A stretch of 63,977 bases of DNA, the filler included. It is 5 parts of 5 records of this genome, joined end to end, with 100 filler letters (N's around TTAATTAATTAA, not from the genome) between each part and the next. Parts side by side here need not be neighbours in the genome. Positions count along the whole stretch, not along the records: positions 7,180 to 30,741 come from SRR31147125_24229; positions 30,842 to 37,914 come from SRR31147125_24302; positions 38,015 to 54,694 come from SRR31147125_24310; 2 more parts are not named here. One strand, 5' to 3'. A program made the position numbers and the translations under genes. Below, piece after piece: positions 28,813 through 39,426 of this stretch (positions are counted from its first letter, which is position 1; each line of letters starts with the position of its first letter). The notes beneath the pieces were generated by a model. That model was given only the letters and a program-made list of their open reading frames with translations, did not search any database and had not been told where the DNA came from.

Positions 28813-29787
28813 TTATTTTCCGCAAAGGCTGCAGCTGGAGCAGTCTCCGCCGGTGCAGCCGAGCGTCGGTACGACGTTATTATAGATCACAAACGTGTCG
28901 TCAAACGCAAAACTGACTTCTGTACCGTCCGTATCAGTGATCAGTACCGTTTGGTTGTCATAGTCAAATACAGCCTTTAACGTCAGAAGCTCAGCAGCCT
29001 CGTCCTCGGCATAAACAATTTTGAGCAGGAAGGTGAAGGACGCACCGTCGCTTTTCCGGAAGACATGAATTCGATCGCCGGCAGTGACAAGGCTTTTTAT
29101 ACGGCCCTGAACATCAAGGCTGAGCGAATTGTTATCCGCATTGATGCCATTCGCGTTGGGGTCGAAGGCTGTAATGATTCCAATCGGTGTTTGCAGCTTG
29201 GTGGGCTGCGCCGGCTCAAGCGATTGAAGACGTCCGTCTTCAAACAGCGAAAAGCCCTGCCGGACATCGAGCGTTTCACCAGGTCCAAGATTTATTTTGA
29301 CCATTTCATCTGGATACAGCGTGATACTTTTGATATTTCCGCTTTTATAAAAGCACAGGCCGGAGAGCATGGCTTTAAAAGACGTAAAGTCGAACTCGAA
29401 ACACAAGGGAATGTTAAGGCCCCGTTCGTCCGCCTCAGACCAGAAGCCGCTGATTTTACCGTCCAGGGGGAACACGCGCTTCAGCTCGCCGGTGTCGTAA
29501 AACGTCACCAGCTCAGCCGGCAGCTCTCCAATCGGCGTAGCGACCTCCTGCTGCGCATCAAGAGAGACTGCCTTAAGCGCGCCGTCCGGATAAAACGTCA
29601 CGGAGGCCTTGTATTTACGCCGGGGTGAATCCTCGCTGTAATAGGGAACAAGCTGCCCGGCATGCGTGATGATCCAATTTTTCTCGTTAAAGCGCATTCC
29701 GCTGACAGTGCCGTCTTTATAGTAAGTAATATCGCTGATGCCGTTATACATCTCATTTAGCATTGGTGTGGATTTTTCGTTTGTCAT
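28813..29787 (-). CDS. MORN-like beta-hairpin repeat protein with a C-terminal CxxxxCxxCxxC tail
   Basis: Repeated FYxxGxL/IK units (YYKDGTV, FYPDGAL, FYDTGEL, FYKSGNI); ends in CTGGDCSSCSLCGK. Confidence 0.6.
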   Translation of the reverse strand: MTNEKSTPMLNEMYNGISDITYYKDGTVSGMRFNEKNWIITHAGQLVPYYSEDSPRRKYKASVTFYPDGALKAVSLDAQQEVATPIGELPAELVTFYDTGELKRVFPLDGKISGFWSEADERGLNIPLCFEFDFTSFKAMLSGLCFYKSGNIKSITLYPDEMVKINLGPGETLDVRQGFSLFEDGRLQSLEPAQPTKLQTPIGIITAFDPNANGINADNNSLSLDVQGRIKSLVTAGDRIHVFRKSDGASFTFLLKIVYAEDEAAELLTLKAVFDYDNQTVLITDTDGTEVSFAFDDTFVIYNNVVPTLGCTGGDCSSCSLCGK

Positions 29788-29805
29788 AACAGTATCACTC
29801 CTTAA

Positions 29806-30410
29806 TCAGCTGCTGCATTGCTTCTTGCGGACGGTAACCGATGTTCGGCCGTCCTCCTCGGAATTCATATCAATCTGATAGTCCTGCTCCAGCCAGGGGG
29901 TGTATGGCTGCAGATAAGCTTTAGCTCATAAAACGGCGTGTTTTCCAGAAACGGCTTGAGCGCCTGCTTGGAAGATTTATCAGGAAATTCATTTTGATAA
30001 CGAACCAAATCAAATGTGTAGACGCCGGGTTCGGCCGTTTCAACAGGCTGTGTCTGAGTGTCGGCCGCCGTATCGGGTTCTGCCAAATCCTGAACAATTC
30101 CGTCCAGAATATCGGGATTTACGTCCTCAATTTCGAAAATAGAAAAGCCGCAGATATCCAGCTCTCGGTAGATAATGCCTGTCATTTGCCTCCCCGCTGC
30201 GATCCGGCACCCGCCCAGCCTGTCGGCCAGCTCACGCACCACGCCGCGCAGCGCCGTTATGTCACGGGCGGAACCGAAGTCAACATAATGTGTCTGCGTG
30301 GAAGCCCATCCATCCGGCTGCCTTTCGTATAAATGAACTTGTTTGGAAAAAGGCAATGAAGCAAGCTCCTGCGCATCATTCAAAAATACAGCGATTATAC
30401 GGTTGTTCAA
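29806..30410 (-). CDS. anfO: AnfO-family (Fe-only nitrogenase accessory-like) protein, C-run frameshift near 29896-29900
   Basis: IAVFLN, LGGCRI..GIIY..GFSIFE, SSKQALKPFL..ELKLICSH(TPPW). Adding one C gives TPWLEQDY...KKQCSS*. Confidence 0.72.
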
Positions 30411-30711
30411 GACGTATCACCTCGATAATTGAAATTATGGTTATCTCTTTATTCATTATTTTATTTTACAAATACGTATATGTCAATGAAACCAGGCCGT
30501 TTTCAGGCGTGTTGCCGCATTTCTGTTGATGATAGATAATATTTTGGACATAAAAGAATAAATTTTGAAAATCTGATGTAGTAAAAAACTGCACATTAGA
30601 GTCAACATAAAAAGATGTGACTGACTAAAAGACTATTTCGGCGCAAAACGCACACAACTTTCAGTTGTGTGCGTTTTACGATATGATCATCCTACGCCAA
30701 GTGTATGATGG

Positions 30712-30741
30712 TGGACTGAACCACAAGAAACGGACAATGAC
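30712..30741 (+). mobile_element. Probable IS3-family terminal inverted repeat at the contig end
   Basis: TGGACTGAACCACAAGAAACGGACA resembles IS3 ends (TG.ACTG.CC...GGACA); the contig breaks right after it. Confidence 0.5.
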
Positions 30742-30841
30742 NNNNNNNNNNNNNNNNNNNNNNNNNNNNNNNNNNNNNNNNNNNNTTAATTAATTAANNN
30801 NNNNNNNNNNNNNNNNNNNNNNNNNNNNNNNNNNNNNNNNN
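30742..30841. other. Artificial contig linker
   Basis: N run with TTAATTAATTAA. Confidence 0.98.
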
Positions 30842-31092
30842 GATCGCCTTTATTGAAATACGGGTTCCATGCGGTGCTGCATCCGGAATACCGGGCAGTG
30901 GCGGCCATATCCGTGTCGATAAGAGGAAAAAACCTGTGCAACACCCCTTTTTCAGGGCAGATTTAAAGGTGGTATATGGAAAAACATAGCACGATTGCCC
31001 GCAGACGATACGATACCGTTTTTAATTCAATGGCCGAGAGCGGAGACATTGATGACGCCATGCAGATAAAAGACCCGGATAGAAAGTAAAAC

Positions 31093-32551
31093 GTGACAGA
31101 GTCAACCCAAAAAATACTGCTTGTAGATGATGAGGAACGGCTGCTCGATTCCATATCCCGGCGGATATCCCTGCTCGGGCATACGCCTTTAAAAGCCACA
31201 TCCGGTCTGCAGGCCATTGAAATTGCAAAACAGACAGATGTTGATCTGGCCATTGTCGATCTGAATATGCCGGATATGGACGGTTTGGTAACCATCACCA
31301 AGCTTAAAGAAATTATCCCGGACCTCAAAACAATCCTGTTGACAGGGTATGGCAGTGAAAAAACAAAACAGGCGACCCAGGCATTGGGGGCCATCTATGT
31401 TGAAAAAGATGCCATGGGGGGCCTCTGGGATATTGTCAGGCAGTCCGTTAACAAAGGAAACGTGATTGTTATCAAACCGCCGTCCCATGCAGGCCAGACC
31501 ACTGCCGGGGACGGTGCATCCGGTCAGATTGAGATTTATGATGAGCTATCCTATCCCCCGGCGCATAAGCAAAAGGCCAGTGCCTTTGCCGATGAAAGGG
31601 GGCAACACCCCGTAACACTGCCGAAAATCATCGCCCAAACCCCTGAAATGCAGCGGCTGAAAAAATATCCGCAGGTTTTCGGAAATGGATTGTGCCATTG
31701 CCATCAAAGGTGAGATCGGAACGGGCAAAGAACTGGCCGCAAGAACCATCCACAGTTTAAGCCGTCGAAAACATCAGAAATTTCTGGCCTTTGACTGCGG
31801 ATGTTTCAGCAATGATTTTCAATTCAGCGAACTGGTGACCTTTTTTGATGAAACCCTGGGAAGGAAAAATTCCGAAGGGGATTTATCCGTAAATAAGGAT
31901 ATCCTCTTTTCCGGGACAATCCTGCTGGATCACATTGAAAATATGCCAAAGCAGATCCAGGAGGAAATGATGAATCTGCTTGAAGGCACCCTCCCTTCAC
32001 CTAAGGTGCTGACGGATATCCGGTTCATTGTCGTTGCCCATAAGAGCCTGGAGGAAAGGGTTTCAAACGGGACATTCCAAAAGGAATTATACCGCAGGAT
32101 ACAGGCCATTGAGCTCCGTGTCCCCCCGCTGCGGCAACGCACAGAAGACCTGCCTTTATTGTGCAGGTATTTTTTAAATCAATTCAATCGGGAACTGGGC
32201 AAGAAGATCAAAACCATTTCCCAAGAGGTCCTTCAAATCTTCAATACCTATGCCTTTCCCGGAAATGTGAGGGAACTCAAAGATATCATCGAATCCGCCG
32301 TCATGTCGGCAAGTGGCGATATCATACTGCCGGCCCATCTTCCTGAGAGGCTCACAGCCGCCCGTCCGGAGACGCCCCCCGAGGACAGCGCCTCCTTTCC
32401 CACCATCCAGCAGATGGAACAAAAACACATCCTCAAAGCCATTTCCATAACAGGGGGAAATAAGTCAAAAGCCGCTGAAATTTTAGGGATCAGCCGGGCC
32501 GCCCTATGGCGTAAATTACGCCTTATGGCCCAAGAGTCACAATCCCGTTAA
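31093..32551 (+). CDS. NtrC-type regulator (REC-AAA+-Fis HTH), frameshift in an A run near 31660-31666
   Basis: LVDDE, DLNMPDMDG; GEIGTGKEL, ELYRRI, FPGNVREL, GNKSKAAEILGISRAALWRK. Confidence 0.85.
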
Positions 32552-32829
32552 CGGCCCCGGACCCCGTCTGGCTCCGCCGGGCTGCTGCCCGGCGGCCCTG
32601 GCACGGACTTTCCAAAAACATGGGTTCCCAGCCTGGTATCTTTTTCAATTCCACTGGGACCCGTTTGCGGCGGGGCCATGACGGGAAAAATTATCTTATC
32701 TTTTAGGGGGCTATATAGTATAACCCAAAAGGATTTTTTCGGATCAAAGGCCGGGTTCGGCCAATGAGACTGCTTGCAGTTGACGGGTTTCTGTGAAAAT
32801 GCATTTCTCCATCTGAAAGGACATAGGAA

Positions 32830-35800
32830 ATGAATTCTACCACGTTCCGGCTCTTTATCTCATCCACCTTTAATGATTTTCAGCGCGAACGGGAAGTCCT
32901 CCAGGCCCGGGTTTTCCCAGAAATCAGAAAATATTGCCGGGGCAAAGGCCTTAAATTCCAGCCCATTGATCTGCGATGGGGGGTGAACACAGAGGCCCAG
33001 ATGGACCAGAAAACCCTGGAACTCTGCCTGGGCGAAGTACAGGCGTGCAAAACCCATCCCTCCCCCAATTTTTTGATTATGATCGGGGACCGCTACGGCT
33101 GGGTCCCTCTCCCCTATGCCATTGAAAAAACTGAGTTTGAGACCCTGGTGGCCATGATGGTCCCCGCTGAAAAAAAGGACCTGCTGGAATGGTATAGGCT
33201 GGATTACAATCAGATACCTGTTTCCTATCTTCTTAAAAAACGGCGTAAGGAATACCTGAATCCAGAAAAATGGGCCACAGTGGAAAAGAGGCTCAGAGAA
33301 CTTTTTCAAACGGCCCGGGCTCAATGGCTGCTTTCAGAGGATCAGCAGCGAAAATACTTTATGTCTGCCACAGAAGCTGAAGTGGAAGAAGGGATTATCC
33401 CCTATCTGAACCTTACCCCATTTCAAGCCGCGCTTCTCAAGGAAAAACCCCTGCTTCAGAAAACCGACGCTGAGAATGTCTTTGGACTGTTACGGAATAT
33501 TGAGATCAAAAGCCGTCAATCAGACAAGTTTATGGACGAAGGGCCTGAAAACGGTCAAGGATTTTCTAAAGACTATGTAAGGGCCCAGCAGTTTAAGGAC
33601 CGGGTCAAGGCTGTTCTGCTTGAGGAAAATACCCTTTATGTAAATGCAGCACAGGCGGATCCGGAAACCCTGGTTGAAGATTATCTTATTCCCTTTAAGG
33701 ATCGGGTCACCGCTTTTTTAAAAGCACAGGTGGATGCCCAGAAAATCCGGGAGGCGTATTCATCCCCCCTTGCCAGGGAAGAAGAGGCCCAGGGGTATTT
33801 TGCAGCCCAGAAGCGAAAAAACTTTATGGGGAGGGAATCCGCTCTCAGGGAGATTAAAACCTATCTTGGCGGAAATGACAACAGGGCTTTGATCGTATCC
33901 GGACCGTCCGGCAGGGGCAAATCGGCCCTCATGGCCCAGGCGGTCAAGCAGGCAAAAGAAGCGGGCCATAGGGTCGTTTACCGTTTTATCGGCGCCACCC
34001 CCAATTCGAGTTCCAGTAAAGAGATCCTGACTTCAATTTTCAAAGAACTGGGTATAGATGTTCAGGACAGAACCGGGGAGGAGATACTGATGTTCGGTAT
34101 CGGGCAGGAGGTTGAGTCTTTTGAAGCGTTCAGCGAGCGTATCAAATATCGACTCATGTGGCAGTTAAAGGAAAATTTTGTCATCTTCATTGATGCCGTG
34201 GACCAATTGGCCCATGAAGAGCAGTTCCTCTGGCTTCCAAGGGAACTGCCTGAAAATATAAAAATAATTCTATCGTCTCTCAATGATGAAAATTATCCTG
34301 AAGACAGCCAATACTACAAGACCCTGGTTAAACGCGGCCATGACAATATCCTGTCGGTACCGCCTCTCTCCGATCCCTTAACCCTGGTTTACAATCTGCT
34401 GAAAAATGAGCATAGAACCATTCAGAAGCACCAGGAGGCATATTTTATTCATCAATACGATAAATCAGGCCGCTCTCCCCTTTATATTGTCATGGCGGTA
34501 CAGACAATGAAACATTGGCAGAGTTTTGATACAGTGGACGGAAACCCAAAAGGAGATCCCAACCACAGGCTTCCGGAGAGCCAGCAAGGAATCATCGGGG
34601 AATTTTTCACCCACCTCCATGAACGCTTTTACCATGATCCTGACTTTGTCTATAAAACCCTGGGGTTTTTCCACGCATCCAGGGACGGCTTGGGCGAGGA
34701 TGAATTCATAGATCTTGTCAATACGGATGAAGGGTTTATACAACAGCTGACACCGGAAAGCTTTCATAAGAACACCACAAAAAAGCTGCCCCTTGTCTTA
34801 TGGACCCGTCTCTATGCTCAGCTTAAGCCTTTTTGGGCCAAAAAAGCCAGGACAATGAAGAACTGCTCTATTTTTCCCACCGGGAATTTGGCGCGGTCGT
34901 GAACAAGCTGTCCAAGAGCAAAAAAGAACATGAAAATATTATAAAGGCCGCACGGCAGCTCATCAGCAGGTATCAGGGGAAGGGCTTTGATGAAAACAGA
35001 TGGGGCAAATTATATGCCATTCTTAGCACTGAGTATGATTTGCGTTATTCAAAGGAGAATCATGATCTTCATATGATGCGGGAGGCCCATGTGGATTTTA
35101 TCACGGGCCTGGAAAATAAAACCTGGATAGAAAATTATATATCATATTTAAATCATGTGGGTTTCGAACACAGTGCCTATAACAGAACCCTTCAGGAGGC
35201 AATCTGGAATGATTACTATCTGCTGGTGAGTGAAAAACTTCATTTTGAAAACCCGGGCCCATGGGCGGAACGATATAGCACTGCATTGATTAATAGAGCC
35301 GCTTCTCATTCCGCAGTGAATCAGATCGCAGAGGCCATCCGCCTCCAGGAAAAATGTATTGCCCTGGTCACCCCGCTCCATGGGAAAAATCCGGAGGGAT
35401 GGACAGAAAAATATGCCACCATACTGAATAATTTAGCAGATTCGCATAGCAAACTGAACCAGCCTGAAAAAAGCATTCTTTTTGAAGAAAAGTCCCTTGA
35501 GATACGCAAAAAACGCTATAATGCAGATCCTGACAAGTGGGCGGAAGCCTATACCTGTTCGATGAATAATCTTTCCCTTTCCTATTATTCTGTTAACAGA
35601 CTTGAGGATGCAATTGGTCTTCAAAAACACTGCCTTGGGATACGCCAGAAAAAATATAGGTCAGATCCTGAGAAGTGGGCAGAAGATTATACCCTATCAT
35701 TAAACAATTTAGCCCATTTTTATTTGAGTATTAATCGGGTTAAGGATGCCATTGAATTTTTGGAAAAGGGGTTTGAAATACTCCAAACACTCTATGAGCA

Positions 35801-37914
35801 ATCTCCGGACAAGTGGGCGAAGGATTTTACCAGAATATCGTCCAATCTATATGATTCTTATAGAAAGGCTGAACGGGTTGGGGATGCCGTTGATATTTGT
35901 GAAAAGAGCAGGGAAATACTGGCGGATCTTTATCAAAGAGATCCGGACAGGTGGGTGGAGTACTATGCTGCAAGCATCACAAACCTGGCCATTTCTCATA
36001 GCGATGCCGGCAATCATTCCGAGGCCGTTGCACTGGGAGAAGAGAGCCTTTCAATACTTAAGCCACGATTCGGGGCCTATCCGGACCGGTGGGCGGCCGA
36101 TTATATTCATGCCTTGAATGGCCTTGGATACGTTTATAAAGGTGCTGGCAACTATTCAAAGGCCATTTCACTGGGAGAAGAGACCCTGTCAATACTTGAA
36201 CCTTTATATGAAACGAATTCGGAGGCGTGGGCGAAAGACTATTACAGGGCGTTACATAATCTGGCCGCTTATTACAATAGCGCGCAACGGCTGCCTGAGG
36301 CCATTTCTCTGGGAGAAAAGAATCTGGCAATACTTAAATCCCTTTACGAGACGAATTCAGAGGCATGGGCAGAAGATTATATCCAGGCGTTCAATAATCT
36401 TGCTTTTTATTACGAGAATGCCGGGCAATTATCCGAGGCCATCGTAAAGAGAGAAAAAAGCCTGGCCATACATAAGACAGGTCAAAAAAATGATCCGGAC
36501 AGGTGGGCCCGGGCGTATACCATAAGCGCCAATAAGCTGATCCATTATTATAAGTCAGCTCACAGGATTTCAGAAGCCATACGGCTTGGGGAGCATATTC
36601 TTGCCATACTTGAACCCCTTTATGAAACGAATCCTGATAAATGGGTTGAAAGCTTAACCCGGGAGCTGAATAACCAGGCCACTTTATACAGGAATGTTCA
36701 TCGTGAAATGGATGCCATCGGGCTGGAAGAAAAAACCTCTGGATACTCAAATCTTTTTATGGAGCCGACAGGAACAGGTGGGCCGAACCCTATACCCGGG
36801 CGTTGAATAATCTCGCCCTGGCTTATGGTAAAACAAACCGTGAAACAGATGCCATTGACCTCTTTGAAAAAAGTCTTGGTATACGAGGGAAATTGTACCG
36901 GTCAGACCCTGATAAGTGGGCGGAGAAATATACCAAGAGTTTGAGGAACTTGGCCTCGTCTTACAGGAAGGTGAACCGTGGGACTGAGGCCATTGATCTT
37001 GGAGAACAAAGCCTTAAGATACTCAAACCCCTTTATGAGGCTGAGCCTGATGATTGGGCAAAAGACTATATCGATTCATTAAATAATCTTGCCTTTTCCT
37101 ATGGTCGCAGTAACCGGGAAAAGGAAGCCATTGATCTTGGAGAAAAAAGTCTTGGGATACTTAAACCCCTTTATGAAGCAAACCCGACCCATTGGGCAGA
37201 AGCCTATTCCCGCGGCTTGAATAATCTGGCCTTTTCCTATGACCGTTCCGACCGGCAAACGGATGCCATTGATTTTCTTGAAAAGAGCCTTGCCATCAGG
37301 CAGGATCTTTATGAAACCAATCCGGATAAATGGGGTGATGACTATATTACGGCCTTGAATAACCTGGCCTATTTTTATGATAGGGGCAATGATACTTTAA
37401 AGGCCATTGCCTTTGCTGAAGAGAGCTTTGAACTGCTCAAATCATTATATAAAGCAGATCCGGATCGGTGGGCGAAGGATTATACCTGGACGGCGGATAA
37501 GCTGCGCCTATATTATCAAAAAGCTGACCAGGGCCCAGAGGCCGCCGGGTTTAAAAAAGAGTATCACAGTACTTGAACCCCTTTATGAAGCAGATCCCGG
37601 CAGATGGGCGAAATACTATACCGATGCATTGATACAATTGGCTCTTTTTTACTATATTGACAACCAGGTCCCCAAGGCCGTTGAGCTGGAAAAGAAGAGC
37701 CTTGCCATACTCAAACCCCTTTATGGGGAAAATCCTGAGGTGTGGGCGGAAGACTATGCCAAAACATTGGTTTCTCTGGCCTCTTCCTACAAAAATCTTA
37801 ACCGGATTGCGGAGGCCACTAAACTTTCTGAAACGGGTCTTGAGGTGTTCAAACCCCTCTATGCCGCAGATCCTGACAGGTGGGAGAAAAGCTATTTTGC
37901 CATAGAGAATTTCC
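32830..37914 (+). CDS. DUF4062 - STAND/NACHT-like ATPase - TPR array; one gene split into four ORFs, 3' end cut
   Basis: RLFISSTFNDF..ERE..DLRWGV..GDRYGW; Walker A GPSGRGKS; Walker B IFIDAVDQ; LLYFSHREF; at least 19 46-aa TPR units. Frameshifts at homopolymers near 34830, 36730 and 37553. Confidence 0.85.
35247..37914 (+). repeat. Array of 138-bp (46-aa) TPR-coding repeats
   Basis: Consensus xPDxWAxxYxxxLNNLAxxYxxxxRxxEAIxLxEKSLxILKPLYE counted 19 times plus a partial unit. Confidence 0.85.
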
Positions 37915-38014
37915 NNNNNNNNNNNNNNNNNNNNNNNNNNNNNNNNNNNNNNNNNNNNTTAATTAATTAANNNNNNNNNNNNNNNNNNNNNNNNNNNNNN
38001 NNNNNNNNNNNNNN
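37915..38014. other. Artificial contig linker
   Basis: N run with TTAATTAATTAA. Confidence 0.98.
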
Positions 38015-38029
38015 GACGGAACTGGCAAA

Positions 38030-38189
38030 AGAAGCTGTGCTTCGGGTATGAGAAACGATAGACAGTTTTTATAATCTACTTTTGCTTTTTATTAGAAACC
38101 AGCTTCATGTGATCTGTATAACAGCTATACCGGACACGCGAAGCACAGCTTCTCGGGTTAGTTGCGTCCCAAATATTATTTGGGACGCA
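38030..38189. repeat. REP/REPIN-like nested palindromic element
   Basis: 15-bp inverted repeat AGAAGCTGTGCTTCG (38030-44) / CGAAGCACAGCTTCT (38139-53), then hairpin TGCGTCCCAAATA-t-TATTTGGGACGCA (38163-89). Confidence 0.6.
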
Positions 38190-38476
38190 GATTGATAATT
38201 GATGGCGGTCACAGCTCATCTTTTTTTATTTTTTCTTGATCTCCCACCCCGCACACACGCAACCACAATAAATCCAAAATTTTGAACATCATTATTTTTT
38301 TGAATATAATTGAGCGTTTTGAGCGTTTTAGGGGAATAATATAATCCCATTCGTGTTATACTCTACGTATCTGATTCGAAATTCTAAATACTTTACATAT
38401 AAAAATTGTTTGTAACATAAAGAAATATTACCATAATTAAAAATAGATCGAACTTTTTTTCACAATCATTATCTAC

Positions 38477-38617
38477 ATGTTCATTGCCTTCTCTATTGTT
38501 CTCCCTGCCAAAGCCACTTCCCATAAAGATATTGTCGATACCGCAGTTTCAGCTGGTTGTAATCAAGTTCGTCTTTTTACCCATAACAAGAACATTACAA
38601 AGGAGAAAAAACAGTGA
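38477..38617 (+). pseudogene. Fasciclin (FAS1) gene relic
   Basis: MFIAFSIVLPAKATSHKDIVDTAVSAG...: signal-like segment plus the FAS1 opening motif, then unrelated sequence and a stop. Confidence 0.5.
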
Positions 38618-39300
38618 AAAAATTAATAAAATTGGGATTTATGTTTGTTGCACTTTTCAGCCTCGCACTTGTAGGTTGTTTTGATGGTGATAATCCAATC
38701 ATACCGCATCCAGGAGCGGCACACGTTCTCGTCGCTCATGCATCACCTGATGCACCGGGAGTTGATTTGTTGGTGGATGACGATAGAGTAGGTACAAATC
38801 TCACTTATCCGAACAATACCGGTTACCTGGATGTCAGACCCGGCACGAGAAATATCAAGGTCAATGTGACCGGTACAAATACGACTGTCATAGAAGCAGA
38901 CCTCGAGTTTGACGGACGGAAAAATTATTCCATATTTGCTGTGGATGCGGTGGCGACTATAGCACCATTGGTTCTGGAAGATAATCTGTCCAGGCCTGCC
39001 AGCGGCAAAGCCCATGTTCGTTTCATACACCTCTCCCCTGATGCACCGGCAGTGGATATTACATTGACCGATGGTACGGTAGTGTTTGCCAATGTCATTT
39101 TCAAGGGAAGCATTGATTTTACACCTTTGGATGCCGCAACTTATGATCTTCAGGTTCGTCTTGCAGGTACCAGTACAGTTGTTCTAGAACTGCCTGGCAT
39201 CACATTGGAATCCCAAAAAATATATACGGTCTTTGCCAGGGGATTTGTGAGCGGTACAGGAACACAAGCTTTGGGCGCTGAAATCATCGTCAACAAATAA
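38614..39300 (+). CDS. DUF4397 lipoprotein
   Basis: Lipobox LVGC; two HxSPDAPxVD motifs. Confidence 0.85.
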   Translation: MKKLIKLGFMFVALFSLALVGCFDGDNPIIPHPGAAHVLVAHASPDAPGVDLLVDDDRVGTNLTYPNNTGYLDVRPGTRNIKVNVTGTNTTVIEADLEFDGRKNYSIFAVDAVATIAPLVLEDNLSRPASGKAHVRFIHLSPDAPAVDITLTDGTVVFANVIFKGSIDFTPLDAATYDLQVRLAGTSTVVLELPGITLESQKIYTVFARGFVSGTGTQALGAEIIVNK

Positions 39301-39367
39301 GATTGAGTTAATTACTCACATATTTTAATTAAAATACATCATACTGCCAAGGTTACCATATAATTTC

Positions 39368-39402
39368 AAAAGGGTCAAATGACCGGTACATTTGACCCTT
39401 TT
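39368..39402 (+). terminator. Terminator hairpin
   Basis: AAAAGGGTCAAATG-N7-CATTTGACCCTTTT. Confidence 0.7.
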
Positions 39403-39426
39403 TACCATTTAGTGGAGTTTTAGAAA

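Noticed and set aside
32599-32614. Sigma-54 promoter TGGCACGGACTTTCCA before the STAND gene
   Set aside because: It lacks the -12 GC, and the adjacent activator lacks GAFTGA.
34825-37560. Phase variation or programmed frameshifting in the STAND-TPR gene
   Set aside because: The runs are short, and the same error type appears in ordinary genes such as sppA and mscS.
35247-37914. CRISPR array or DGR-type repeats
   Set aside because: The 138-bp units are degenerate protein-coding TPRs; there are no identical repeats with spacers and no cas or reverse transcriptase gene.
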